Assembly (NCBI GenBank): GCA_045837725.1
Contig: JBEWZL010000126.1
Location: 186,001-250,000, forward strand
DNA length: 64,000 bases
Direction: 5' to 3'
Source of the DNA: Vermamoeba vermiformis
Taxonomy: Eukaryota
Made by a program: the position numbers and the translations under genes. Positions 12,801-26,293 of the stretch are shown piece by piece (within the stretch, counting starts at the first letter, position 1; every line of letters starts with the position of its first letter). The notes under the pieces were generated by a model. That model worked only from the letters and a program-made list of their open reading frames with translations, did no database searches and was not told the DNA's origin.

Positions 12801-14571
12801 AACTTATACTAACATACATCTCGCATAGGCGAGGCCTAGAATATATTTGTATATTATAGGAGTACTTACGACTTCAAAGCAGAAAGGTTTATCGGTGTCA
12901 GTGACCGCCTTAACCGTCGACAACATCAAATCGAAACTGTCCTTTTGTTTTGACGTCTAATAATAAAACAATATATTAGTGACCATATACGACCAATATT
13001 GATACAATATCGAAGATTATAAGGTCGTTATTACAAAAAAAAATTGAATATTACTAACACTTACCTTCCATTTCTTGAACCAAGTCAATTGACCGTCCTT
13101 CAAAACGACGTACATCAATTGCCAGCCCAATTTAGATCGGAGTTTGTACAAATAGCCTTGTTTGGACAGACCACTCTCTTGCTTTGCTTCGACGTACAAC
13201 GAAATACGATGATCATCGCGGTCTTTGTTCTGCATGTAATCTTTTTTAGCGTGCTCCATGGCCGTCATAACTTCAACGAGTTCAGTTTTGAACGTATTTA
13301 TCAACGACGAGGCTAAAAAATATTAATGAATTAGGATATAAACGATAGGACATGAATAACGAAAGGGTTTTACCTTGGCTGAAAGTCGAAAAATTTGCAA
13401 ACATGAATGCGCAAAGTCTTTGCGTGAAATCAAATCGAGAAATTGTTTGAATGTCACGCAGTCTGTTCAAATAATCGTAGTTTGATTTTTCGAATTTTTT
13501 CTTGGCCTCTTCAATATCCTGCACCCGAGTAGTTAGTACCATTTGAAATATATTCTGCGTGCAAACAATAATAATATTTGACAGATGACGTACCTGGACT
13601 AATTTTGCTCGCTTGATATCAGTGGATTCGTCTTTGACTTTGGCCTTTCGATGCAACGAGTCATATTCATCGCGCGATGCAATAACAAGCTTATGTGCTT
13701 CTCGCTATAATATAAATATTATTAAACATTGAACATTGTGCCACCATACAAAAAGAACACTGAAAAAATCTGGATCCGAAGTCCAATGAAATCAAAACAA
13801 TTTTTAATTATTATGATCGTACTATTTTATAGGTATATTATACTGTAATTAATAATATAAAGTGTTAGGGCTCTACATACCAACGGCTCTTCGCGAACTT
13901 CTTCCATTGTCTTTTCCATTGCCGACAAAACGACATCGTTCATTTGTTCCATCTATTATAATAATATAGCATTCAGTATTAACGAATAATAACAATTTTA
14001 CAGTTCACGCAGATGCGCTGATCTTCGTTCAACTTACCAGCGACTTTTGAACCTTGATTATCTGTTGATAAACGCCTCCGCATTTCGTTAACATAGGCTC
14101 TATACGAAAAATATTGAGTATAAGGTCGTAAAAGATTTAACAATTTAAATTTCCCATTACGAATCTGGATTCGATCTCCCGGTGACACAATAAACGTTAT
14201 TTATAACTTTAGATATTTTACCGTGATCGATGATTGATGAATTCCAACTGAATGATTGCAACAGCTCTCCAAATATCGATGCGTCTTGGACGTAGTCATC
14301 CATTGCCTTTCGCATTCCGGTCATCGCTTTGTGGAGCTTTTTAAAGTGTGCTCGAATATGCTCGACGTTCTGTATTATATTATAAATTATTTGAGGCCGT
14401 AAATTGAATAAAAAGACCGAGATCCAAAAAAAGATAATTTAAAAATTAGCTGCAATATTAAATTACCTTCTCAAGCGACACGGTTGCCTGGTATTTCTCT
14501 CTTAATTTAATTTCATCAATATCGTCCTTATTATTATCGCCCCCTTTACGAGGAGTGCGTGGAACTTCCAT
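9878..14571 (-). CDS. ACAP/centaurin-beta-like ArfGAP (BAR-PH-ArfGAP-ankyrin, Pro-rich tail)
   Basis: ArfGAP zinc finger '[44 protein letters not shown]'; PH 'KQGYLYKL...WQLMYVVLKDGQLTWFK'; ankyrin 'GQTVFHYAALFGRHECLDALL'; helical BAR-like N-terminal exons; PxxP tail. Confidence 0.9.
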
Positions 14572-15077
14572 CTCGTGCGGAAATTATGTAGTCGTCTGTT
14601 TACGTAAATCGTGACGCGATCGTCAAGAGTATTATGTAAATAACGAGTGGTGTTATATTAAATCGATTGAATGAGTATTGGACAAGTAGCCAAAAAACAG
14701 AATCTTTACGATTCACAATTAAATGGAAAGTTACGGGCGTGGAAATTTCATGAACTCGCGAGAGCAATTAGTCGTTGCAACTACAAAACGAGGCCATAGA
14801 CTTCGTTGAATATCATTTCCTTGTTGGTTTGACGCATCCGCCACTTGATCGAGTAACGGTACATCGGCACTCACCGGCTTCCAAGCTGCAGGGTCATACG
14901 ACCATGCAAAGCCAATTTTGGTGTTAATTAAGAATAAAATTGAAGAATGACAACAACTTGTTTTTTTTCAGATTTTCCGCGCCAAAAATCAAGTGACCGT
15001 TACGCCCAAATTTGAACATCGATTTTCGGCTGTACCACTCAGATTTTATTTTTGAAACGCAGCACAACCATTTCGCT

Positions 15078-17186
15078 ATGGACATTCAACGAATATTAAA
15101 GAAAGCGGAAGATAGCTTGGTTTCTTTATCCAGCTTGTGGGATGAGCTCGGATTAGATGCCGCTACGCGACGTGCGCACGTTGAAGAGCTTTATCGTAGA
15201 GCTGAGGAGATATTCGACGATAAATTGAAGCAAGAACGCAACGTACGCGACCAATGCGTGCTTAATATTGAGCGCTGCAGAACAAAGATCAGCCAAATCA
15301 GCAAACAACTTGGTCAAGACGAAAATCAATCCAACTCCTCGTTAAATCAACCATTATTACAAGAATTAGGACGTTTGAATGAGGCGCTTGAAGAGCTCGA
15401 AGGCGTAAGGATTTTTGAAATATTTATTTAAATATTTATTATTAGCGATTTGGCTCGTGCTTTTAAGACTAATTTATGTTTAATAGATTAAAGAGCAACG
15501 CGTGGCCACATTGGATGATTTGTTAAGCCAATTGAACCGCGTCTACGCTGATCTTGAAATGCCTTTCGACGCGAAGGTGCTCCACTACGGTGAAGACTTG
15601 AGTACCAGCAAGGTCGAAGAATATAAGCAACTTATTTTTAAAGCCGAAGAAGAGCGCGTAAGTCGAACTTTCTGCCCTTAATCTGCTACCAACTTTCTGA
15701 AACATGCATCTCCTTTAGAAACTTCGCCTTTCATTCATCAAGGCCCTTGTTAAGAATATCAACGAACTCTTTGACGAGCTTTGTATCGAGCCAGTTGCTG
15801 CTCTTGAAAAACAAGTTGCTGCTTACACTGAAGGCAGCCTCGGCGCATCAGCCAAGATCTTGCAACAACTCGAAGACAAAGAAAAGGAGCTCGTTGCCGA
15901 GAAGAGAAAGCGTGACGCACTCATCAAGGATCTTGCTCATAAAATCAGCCTCTTGTGGGAGCGCTTGAAGATTCCCATCCCCGATCGAGATGCGTTCCTG
16001 CGCCGCCAAGCTGGACCTAGCAACGTCATCATCGAAGCAGTAAGTAATCCATTCTATTATTGCTGTTTCATAATATGCTCATATCTTCCCAGTGCAAGGC
16101 TGAATTGGCTCGCTTGGAAGCATTGAAGAAGACAAGCATGCGCGAACTGATTCAAAACGTCAGAATTCAGATTGCTGCCATATGGGACGAGCTCCAAGTC
16201 ACCGAGGAGGAGCGCAGTAAATTTACTGCATATTATTCAGGTATGCAACGAAGATTTTGCAATTCGTTTCTCGATCAGCTTTATTAATCATGATACTATG
16301 CAGACGAAACTACCGACGATATTCTTTCGTGGCACGAAGAGACGTTATCTAAATGGGAGGACAAGTTGGAGGAGGCTAAGCCCATTTTGAAGCTGTACGA
16401 AGAGCGCAAGTCTCTGCGTAACCAGAAGATCCAACTCGAGCAAAGCAGTGCTGACCCTAAGCGCCTGTTGGACACTAAGAAATCTGCCACTTTCTTATTA
16501 CAGTACGTTGTTCACAAAATCTAGTTTCGTTTGTGTTCGATCTAACGGTCATTTTCTTGTAGCGAAGAAAAGCTTCGTAAACGCATTGAGAAGGACTTGC
16601 CGCTTGTTGAAGAGCGTCTTCGCTCGACAATCCTCTCGTGGGAGACTAAGCAAGGCGTGCCATTCACACTCAATGGCGAACGCTTGGTCGATCTGTTGGA
16701 TGAGGAACAAGCTGAAGAGCTTCGATCGAAGCTTGAAGCCAAGGCTAAGAAAGAAAAGGAGCGTCAAGAACGCCTCGGCATTGTGTCTTCGCAAGACAAG
16801 GAGAACTCGCTTAATGGCTCCGTGAGTTCATCGTTGAAACCCAAGACACCGATGTCAACTCAGAAGACTCTGCCGCGCACCACAGCTCCTGGATCCGTCA
16901 CCAAGTCTGCTACCAAGACTCTGACTGCCACTTCGCGCACAGCTACCGCTTCAAACATCTTGGGCAGCACTAAGAAACGACTGCACTCGGCCACAACTAC
17001 TGGCAGCAAAACTCCCAAGGGATCTCCTTTGAAGAGTAAGCAAGCTTCATTATATGTTAATCAAGATATATCCGCGCTCATGGCTATATACTAATATTAT
17101 AAGCTATTGTGCACGTTTCTGGTGGACTAACAAATTTTGTTGCAGAGATGCGCTTGGATCCCATTACTCCTACTAAGCTGTTCTAA
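15078..17186 (+). CDS. PRC1/Ase1/MAP65 family microtubule cross-linker
   Basis: 'LSSLWDELGLD', 'CKAELARLEALKK...RIQIAAIWDEL', 'DPKRL', 'LPLVEERLRSTILSWETKQGVPFTLNGERLVDLL', then a basic S/T-rich tail. Exons splice in frame where checked. Confidence 0.88.
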
Positions 17187-17523
17187 GAGCCTTCGTGGAT
17201 AAGATAGACCCGCTATCGATCTTAACGCTCGAGCATGCCAACATCGTGTCACATATAATGTAAATAGTACTTCGAGAACGCAACGGCAGATCTTTAATTA
17301 GATCGGCCTTCATCGCTATTGAATTCGATCTCCATTTTTGTAAACTTTGTTATATTACGTAACATTAATAAACCCTATTTAACCAAGGATGCTCTTTGGT
17401 CCAATTCTGTTGTGCTCACAAAATTTGACCGTTGCCAAAAAAAGATTAGATGCTGAACTTTTCATTGTTAATTTACCTTAGAGTAATCGACCTCAATAGG
17501 ATTATATTTGTAAGGTTATTATA

Positions 17524-20500
17524 ATGTCAGCGAGTAATCTACAGCTTGCTATTACAGATGCGAAAGTAGTCGTTGGCCCTGTCATTGGAAAGGTCACCAA
17601 TAATACTGCTCGTATACTCGTTGAAGTAGATGCTAGTGTGGAAGTTACTTGCAAAGTAGAACGCGCTAATCACGAAGGCGGATGCATTTTCAAATCTAAA
17701 ACTCTAAAGAAAGGAATCCCTGGCATATTTATTTTTGAAAATTTGGAACCATCAACTACATACAATGTCTCGTTCCCTAATTGCAGTAATCATAGCGAAA
17801 GGACAGGTAAAGTAATATTTTTAAAATTTCCGATTATTGAAAAAATCAATCAAAATTGAATTAAATTCTAGAGCTTCCTCGTGTAATAAATTATACCTGT
17901 TGTAGGCCATTTCCGAACATTGGAAGCTCAATTCACAAACATGACATTCGTTTCGCTCAGCTGCAATAGTCTGGGCGAGCCTGAAGAGCCTGTTGTATGG
18001 AACGGTACGTTGGTAAAAAATTTATACGGATTAAATTGCGCGAGATTTGTTACTATTTTTGGCTCGGCTTAGATAACTTGGTCTGATCTTCCTTAACCCA
18101 TTAGATCTGATTGACCGCTACATTCGACCCGGCCGAGTCGATACTGTTATTCACCTCGGCGATCAAGTTTACGCCGATCACGCATTCACTGAAGGCATGA
18201 AATTGATTAAGAGCATCCGTCACGCGAAAGAAGGCCACCACGAGCCTCAACAACAAGCTCAATCAGAGCACCACGAGCATCACGAGCATCATGAACATCA
18301 TCACCATCATGAGCCAGTCGAACTGACTGACGATCAGAAGTACCAGATCGCTGAAGGTTATCGTGACTTCTATCGTCGCACGTGGAACTATCCTCCGACT
18401 CGTGAAGTCTTGAGCAGTGTTGCGAATCTCATGTTATGGGTATGCTTATTAATGCGACAACGATGCAGTTATACCTAGTTTAATCCGTTCAACCTGAAGG
18501 ATGATCATGACATCAGAAATGACTGGGGCACGCACTCGACAGATTCAGATCCCAACAGCGATGAGTACCAAGTTGGCTTGATGGCACGACAAGTATATTG
18601 GGAGTACCAAAGACAAGTAAGTCCTATATATGCATAAGCCAAGCTCATTAAAGGCAATACAAGATGCATCAAACATGTATTTGGCGCGTGGATCCGCTAA
18701 CTTAGCAATTACCTTTTATAGTTGTGGGATGATATCCTCGATAGAGACCCGCACTCTGTTACTATGGAGGGCCACTACCATCGCTTCGGACCTGTTGGAG
18801 TGTTGTTCGTTGACACTCGTGGTTCACGTAGCTTCTACAACGATGACGACAAGAGACACAGCTACATCTCTGGCACGCAGTGGCAGGCCATTCAGCAGAG
18901 CCTGGGCCCTCAAGGTAAGCTACTATACATCATTGCCCGAACTTTGGTGAATTGAGTTGGGAAAAATTCTCAAAGCAAGATGCGGTCAGCGATCTGATCC
19001 AGGATCTCTTTGCTACGGTCGGGGAAACGTTTTTGCTAGGCCAGCAAGTAGTGACCCGAACACGATGTTTCAAAGCGTATCGGGCACGACCACACTAACA
19101 AGAATGCACCGCTTCCCGTCCGATCAGCGAAGTTAAGCTTGTTCAGGCCTTCTTAGTACTGGGGTAGGAGACTACCTGGGAATCGGAGGTGTTGTGCTCT
19201 TCTCTTTTTACTTTTTGCTCGTTGATGCCTGCCCGACTGCTGATTAATATTGCTTGCCGTTCGTGCGAACGAACGTTACTGGGCCACTCTCACTCGATCC
19301 TGATCCGGGTTTTTGATCTTGCTAGATTCAGCTTGTTTCATGATAATCCTGCTTTACGGCAAGAAATCCTTCGGTAGCACGCTAACTCTTATTTTTTAGG
19401 CATTTTCCACGACGTTAAGAATTTGATTGTTGTTTTCTCCGTTGCACTTTGCTGCGTCGGTCCTCAAATGGCTAAACTCACCAGTAAGCTATCCTTCAAG
19501 GCAATGTGCTATTTATTAACGCTAATGTTCTTCCAAAGGCAATGCTTTGAAGGACAAAGTTGGTTTTGGCTTGCACGTGCACGAGCAGATCGACCTCGTC
19601 AAAACATTCCACCACTGGAAGACTGAGAAGGCTGACCGTGAAATTGTTTTGCTGGGTGGCGACTTGCATATGGGTACGTAGTAACTTACAATATTGGTTT
19701 TCATGTATCGGAGTTTTTGATCGACGAAGATCTGGATCCGATCTTGATCATTCTTTTTTCCACGGTAATTTCCTAATTTGGTAATATTCAGCGGTCGAGA
19801 CTCACATCAAATATCACAACGACGTCGTATTGCACCAATACATCACTAGTCCTATTCGTCAACACGCGCCACCAAGCATCGCTCTATCTTACACGAAATC
19901 GATCATGAACGTGCAAGAAGAGATTGGTGAAGGCTACACGTTCCATCACGTGGTTTTTAAGCCAAAGCGAAATTTCGGCATTATTCAGATCAACGCCAAT
20001 GTCGCACCGAACATGAAGACGTTCATTTACTATCAGACTAAGAAGAACAAATCCAAAGAAGTCTTCCATAGCAAATACAACGACGGTGAACTTGTTATTA
20101 CCAGTAAGTCATATATTCACTCGTTGAGTTGGGTTTTGATGTTTTGGATCCGATCTGATCCCGTTTTACAGAGATTTCTGGCAAAGGTTTAGTGTCCAAG
20201 GATGACAACGGTTTCAGTGATCCTTATTTCAAATTTAACATTTGCGGCGTGCACACTAAGACACCGGTCCTATTGAAGACTCTCGATCCTAACTGGGGAG
20301 ATATTTCTTTGTCCGTGTAAGTGGATCTGCAACCGGAGTTGGAAGTTCTAAAATGTACTAACGTATCGAATATAGGACTCTTAATCAAGATATTTATCAA
20401 CATATGTTGTCTAAAGACGATCATCCTACTCTGAAGCTAGAAGTCTGGGACTACGATCGTGTCGGACCGCACGATCCGATGGGTGTTGCTACGGTCAATT

Positions 20501-20689
20501 TGCACGATTTCTTATTGACAAGAGGTAAAATAATAGAGCTAGGCGAGTATAATAATGTGGCTAATCGGCTTACGTTTAGATAACTTTGAAACTCGTAGCA
20601 AGACGTTCACAGTGGACCTTCAAGCGAAGCACAAAGAACGAGTCTCGGGCTCTGTGTCGTTTGAATTGCGCTTTAGACCTCTTTCATAA
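17524..20689 (+). CDS. PhoD-like metallophosphatase with His-rich insert and C-terminal C2 domain
   Basis: 'HLGDQVYAD', 'WDDHDIRNDWG', 'VDTRG', 'LGGDLH' motifs; C2 'GKGLVSKDDNGFSDPYFKF...KTLDPNW' and 'LEVWDYDRVGPHDPMG'. Confidence 0.82.
18268..18313 (+). repeat. His/Glu low-complexity coding repeat (HHEHHEHHEHHHHHE)
   Basis: CAC/CAT-GAG repeats read in frame in ORF 18197-18478. Confidence 0.8.
19082..19201 (+). rRNA. 5S rRNA gene inside an intron of the PhoD-C2 gene
   Basis: About 120 nt: GGGCACGACCAC...CCCGTCCGATCAGCGAAGTTAAGC...TTAGTACTGGGGTAGGAGACTACCTGGGAATC...GTTGTGCTC. The 5' and 3' ends pair (helix I), box A/C-like elements are present, and T-runs follow downstream. Confidence 0.93.
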
Positions 20690-21135
20690 GATCTATAATA
20701 GTATTATTAGGACTATAAGTTGGTCGTCATGTATTTTACACGAGTGTAGGTAAGAAATAACAACAAGATCCAAAACCCATTTTTTTAGATCGTGCGGAAT
20801 CGTCTTTTATTTTGTACTAATGTACTTAGTATGAAACAAATAGTACTTATACTTATGTCATAGTATAAGCGCACTTAGTGCGTTAAGGACATTTCTGGGA
20901 AGCATTAAGATGGTGCGAATTAGAGGGAATATCGTTGCCGTTTTTCGTGCAATTAATTGCACCACTTCAGCGTTGAATTTGAACAAATAAGTTTGTACCT
21001 CGCTTGTCCAATGTCGTCACAGGTTCAGTTTGACTTTGCTTGACTGTCAAAATTTTTATGCTTGGGCGTTTGACAGCTCATTTTTTTTATTCACCCTGCA
21101 CCCTTTTAAATAACACGAAAGGCCTAGTATACGAA

Positions 21136-23041
21136 ATGGCTGCTACGTAAGCATTATTTTTATAAATAGTGTTCGACTACTAACAAATTTTGTTTCAGAT
21201 CAGAAAATCTATTCTTCAGTCACAGAGACGCATTTCTCAATATGACTATTTTTCTGTCACTCAAAGGATTATGTACTCTGCGAAAAGTGTGCAAATCATT
21301 CAATTCATGGTTGTCGGATCCGAATACTTTTTCGTGGAACCAGCGTATCAGATCTGCTTTTCCTCTATCCTATGAACGCATACTTCAACAGTCCATCGAC
21401 GAACAAATGCAACGATTAGTATTATTTGATACCATGATCGAAGCAGGTCACCAGGTCTCCTACTACGCTCTTGATAAGCTGACGTGTACAAAGCCCGCAG
21501 ATCGCGATTGGTCAGAGGATGGACACTGGAAGGGGAAACATAGACTGCCATGGAATAAGGATTTATTCATCATAGCTATTCCCCCAGAAAAAGTACGCGT
21601 TCTTTAATTCGTGGAAATTTGTTACTAATTAGTTTTGTTCAAAAGAATTCTCGCGAGCAGCTTCCTTGGTCCGTAGTTTTGTTTAATGCTAGTACCAAAT
21701 CCGTCACTGCCCGAATTGACTTGCGTTGGCAGCCAGCCAAATTTGTTTTTAATGTCGGAGGTAGGTATTTATTTGCCGTCTTTTTTATTTGGTGCGTCTT
21801 TTAACATGATTATAGACCGACAAATTGGATTTGCGCCTGAACCAAGGGACTTTTTTTATACGAATCAACAAGAAGTCAAATTGTACAGCGTCATCGATAA
21901 CTGCAAGTTGGTTCATGAACGAGATATTCCCATTCCACCGAGAGTCCGCGACGTTCTTCCAAGGATGTTTGGAGACTGCTTAATATTCCAATCGTTTACC
22001 AACCAAGACAAGGTCAAATTCAGTTTGTTTTCTGTTTCTCAGAATGCGCCAGTTAGCGAAGTTACGTTGTACGAATCTATGACGGTGTTCACTGCAATGT
22101 CTTGGTTAGAACCAGCCTTTTACACTTGTTCAGATGAGAACACCGTCCGCAAAATCGTTTGTGAAAATCTTGCACTTACAGCAAAAAAAGTGTATAGTGA
22201 CGATGTGAAAGTAGACGTTGACGACGAAGGCCATGGAGTTGTGGCGATAAAATTGATAGAGAACGAACGAAGCAAATTCTTACGCATTTATCAAAGTGGA
22301 TGTGGCGACAATGCGGTGGATATACTAGCCCTCAATTTAAAGAGAGTAATATTCAGCCAACACAACGGTGATGAGAAGGAATACTCGGACGATGAAGATG
22401 GTGATAAGAAAAGCTCGGACTATTATGAAAAAGCTTGGCGAAATTTGCAAATCAATCTCACTACTCCTTATTACAGCACTACATCAGGTAAGTGATATCC
22501 TGACAATTTTATTTCCTCGAAAAAAACTAATGATTTTCAATTCTAGGCGAGTATGGAGTTGTGACGGTGTGCAATAGTAACTACCCGGCCAATGATTACG
22601 ATGACACTGCAGAAATACAATTCCAATAATTATTATTATGATAACAATTCATTCCCTGACAAACCTGCGTACTTTTCAAAGTGCTACCCGGGCTATTTTG
22701 CTGCTTCCAGTCAATGGTTGAACACGGATATTTTGACATTCAAACTAGCGCCTTGTACTGGTTATTTATCGATGAGGTGGCGAAACAAGACTTTTAAAAT
22801 GCCATCCAAACCTCGTCAAATGTTTTTTTCGATTGCAAAGAGAGAAGTGATTGGATCTATAGACGATGATATTGACGAGATTTTTGTAGACGGAAACAAC
22901 GTAATTGCGTTCACTACGCAGAATGAAGTGTACGAAATCAAGTTGGACATGTCGTACGCACCACCGAGAGTCAATCAAAGGAAGCGGAAACTCAGCGAAA
23001 ACACCAAAGACCGTAAAGTCACAAAGAAGAGCAAGAAATGA
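21136..23041 (+). CDS. F-box-like protein with beta-rich C-terminal region and basic tail
   Basis: 'FLNMTIFLSLKGLCTLRKVCKSFNSWL...W' N-terminal motif; exons in ORFs 21242, 21686, 22592; ends 'RKRKLSENTKDRKVTKKSKK'. Confidence 0.6.
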
Positions 23042-23325
23042 GAACGTTACTTGTTTCCGACAGTCAATATAAATACAACCTTATTAAAATCGTTGTTCGT
23101 TTTGTAGTTTTTATTCGAAACCGGAGTAATGCATCGCATTTCATGAATGACAGTTTCTCTGAAAGGATAATTATAAGTGGCATAGTAGTCACCTAACTAA
23201 CAAAATGATAAATGACCACGCGTCAAGTACAGGTTAGCCGCTTCGGACTACGTTCGTTTGGATAAGTAAGACCTGGTTCAAAGCTATGTACATTTATTTT
23301 GATTATCAACAAACAGATACGTTGT

Positions 23326-26293
23326 CTAGTCTACAAGATCGGTCTCCAAGCAGTCAGCATTGCACTTCTTGTACGTCCAGATCGGAATCGGACATTTAAA
23401 TGCATTGCGCGCGGCATTGCATGTTCTCAACGAGGTCAAATTGAAGAACGAGTCACGCAAGATGGTGAAGTGATTGTTGGAAAAGTCAAGCTTTTGAATC
23501 GTCGGCAGCGATTCGGCACTCAATTGGAATTCACCTGCAAAAATAGTGAAATTTCATTAGTCTCTGATTTCAAACAAAAATATCTTCGTAAAAGTTTGAC
23601 ACGTGTCAAATGGTGCCGCGTCATTCGAAGAAGAAAAATTTGAAGTATTGACAAAGGTTCCAATTTGACGCTTTGACACTTTGACAAGTGACACTTTGTT
23701 TAAAATAGCGTGGTTACGTACCGTAGAAATTATTATTCGCGATGAATAAATCCGACAGGTCTGTGTGTATGAGCGGGAATGTGCCCGTGAAGTTATTGGC
23801 AGTCAGTTCTAGTGACTTGATCCGTGATTTTCGTCCAATCGGGGGCATACTGCCGATTCAAATTGTTGTAGCCGAGTGACACCACTGACAAGTTTTTGTT
23901 CGTGGTTATCGCCGTCGGAATTGTTCCGGTCAAATTGCATCGGGTCAGTACCAGCACTTCCAAATTTGGCATGGCGAAGAGAAATTCCGGAAGTGTTCCG
24001 TGGATGCTGTTCGAATGAAAATTCAATTTTTTGAGGTGCGTCAGGTTCGCTAGGACTTCAGGAATTCTTCCGGTGAGATTGGTATTTTCCAAATTTAGAT
24101 CCATGACACGCGAATCGGAGTCGCATTTGACACCTTGCCACGTGCATATTGACACTTTAGTCATCCATCCATACGCATAGCCAGTGCGCCAATGAGGTCC
24201 ATTCATAGTCTTATAAATAAACTCCAATGCTAATTTGTCCGTGGTCGTGTTGAATTTGTCGTGCGGAATAATTGTTGCGGGGATAAGCGGACTGAGTCTG
24301 ACGATCGGTTCCGAATTCCAAATAAGGAAAGTCGCTAATGCCGCACTCACAACGAGAGTTAATGCAATCATTAGGCCTAAAGTCCATCGCCAGGGCTTGC
24401 TCTTTCTCTGAACGAACACGAAATTTCCCGATGGTGTCAAATTTGCAGCGTTGTTGACCGGTGCTTGCTGTCGCAGTAGCCCCATATGAATTCTTTTTTT
24501 GGGCCTTGAGTTGTTCGTTTTTGAGGAATTCGCCGTACAGCACATCGACCACTTTGCGGATCTGTTTCAAATCTTCGTAATTTTCTCTGATCGATTCGCT
24601 CATATAAGGAATAAGCGACTCGTAGTCTACGTGTAGAATTCCTGCAAAGATTAGGGGTCAGTTAAGGAATAAGCGACTCGTAGTCTACGTGTAGAATTCC
24701 TGCAAAGATTAGGGGTCAGTCTAAATTCATCGTTCTAGAACATTCCATAACTGATCAGATCCAAAAGTTAAAAAACCGATTTTTTCGCTGGGCGTTATTT
24801 TAGATCAATAGTATTAAAATTTCTTATAAGTTATTGATATTTATCCATCTTGGGAGATTTCAGCGGATGAAATAAAAAGTGTGTCGTGAAAAATTATGTG
24901 CGTAGTTTATGCACACGTGGAACTAGCTTCGGGCAAAATATCCGATAAATTATTGCAATGTAATTTTATTGATATATTACGAAGTGTTAAAACTTACCGT
25001 CTATTAGTTGCACAGCTTCAGGCACGACTTTTTCCACCTGTTGAGCGATGTACCCGACAAATCGTTTGTTCATTGAATTTTGTACGCCTTGTTTGAACTT
25101 GTATTCCACGCCGTCAATTTGCATTAGAACGTCACGGCAGTTATGATCTAAAATTAAATATTGGTTAATGAGAGCAATGTTCCACGGTTCACGAACAGTC
25201 TCAAAGTTTGACACGTGTCAAACTGCCTTAGAAATAAAAAGTTTTTCTGAGAGCTTCGTGGTTAGATATTTGTTGCAAATGACACGTGAATAATTATGTT
25301 GAGTTTTTGTTTGTTTAAAAAATTATCGTTGACACGTGCACGTGTCAAAAGTGTCATTGTTTGGGAAGTACGATGCAATTGGTATTATTACTGTGACTTA
25401 CCTTCTTGCAGCAAGCGAATGTCTTCTTTCAAGTTGATGTCCGATGCTTTGTAAAAGTTCAATGCTCGGAAGTTTCCGATCACTTCTGCGTTGCCGTTGT
25501 ACAACACCATGTATTGCTCGTTGCTGGCGAATTCGCTGAGATTAATATGGTGAATACGATTGCCTAATAAGGAAAGTAGGATCTATATTTAGCTTACTTT
25601 ACAGGCACTAAGCTGTTAGAATTTGAAGTTTCGTATGACGCATCCAGATCGGATGGGCTATATCCTTGCATCATAGAATCATCGTCATCGGGCGGGGACG
25701 ATGTGTTATATGCAAAGGGCGAGGCCTCCTCTGCGGAGCTTTTTTCATGTGAGCTGCTATAGTTGTTTGAAGACCACGAGATCGGGACCAAAGCTTGCAA
25801 AAAAAAATGAATATAAAGTCCCATGAATAGATAGAGATAAGTACTTACTTTCATCTTCTGCTATACTTGATTCGTCTACATTTCTCCTCTTCGGTAAAAG
25901 TTGGCATAAAGCGGATGCGCCACGTCCAACAAAAGTTTCTGAATTGAAGCAATCCACAACGAATCTGATATTTCTTTGTTTTCCTCTTCGAAAGTCAAAT
26001 ACGCCCGTATTAATTTTAATACGAACAACGATGCCTTCAATGAACTGGTCTCGTGTTTGCAAATGATACGGATTTCGTTTAGCCCAGACCATGCTTTCTT
26101 CTCTGACAGATTCTACTGATTCATCGCATGATAATAATTTAATTTGGTAATGGTAGCTATAATTAGTGCTGCCTTGAGTTAATGTGAGGCCTTGGCTAGG
26201 TGAACCACCGAGCGTAATAGCATATCCAGTATTGGTTTGCCCAGATAAGGGAATAAATAGCTGAAAAATATTTCGTACGTGCACTTGTTGCAT
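23326..26293 (-). CDS. MYRF/MrfA-like protein copy A: putative DBD - linker - peptidase S74 (ICA) - coiled coil - TM - LRR ectodomain
   Basis: Exons about 26293-25849, 25793-25598, 25535-25402, 25147-24998, 24641-23722, 23534-23326. Motifs 'NGNAEVIGNFRALNFYKA-SDINLKEDI', 'GYIAQQVEKVVPEAV', 'LHVDYESLIPY', TM 'WTLGLMIALTLVVSAALATFLIW', LRRNT 'CTWQGVKC', LxxNxLxGxIP repeats. +1 frame breaks at about 24495 and 23858. Confidence 0.82.
24605..24720. repeat. Perfect 2 x 58 bp tandem duplication spanning a 3' splice site of MYRF-like copy A
   Basis: TAAGGAATAAGCGACTCGTAGTCTACGTGTAGAATTCCTGCAAAGATTAGGGGTCAGT at 24605-24662 and 24663-24720. Confidence 0.95.

Noticed and set aside
14780-14930. Possible snRNA with an Sm-like site (AATTTTGG) in the ArfGAP/PRC1 intergenic region
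   Set aside because: No convincing match to U1, U2, U4, U5, U11, U12 or U4atac and no clear flanking hairpins. It is more simply a divergent promoter region; an Infernal search would settle it.
24605-24720. Direct repeat as a CRISPR array or transposon end
   Set aside because: Only two abutting copies with no spacer, in a eukaryotic context, with no cas or transposase gene.
24998-25535. Peptidase S74 as evidence of a prophage or viral insertion
   Set aside because: The domain is split by spliceosomal introns at the same positions in both paralogs and sits in a MYRF-like host architecture. No other phage genes are present.
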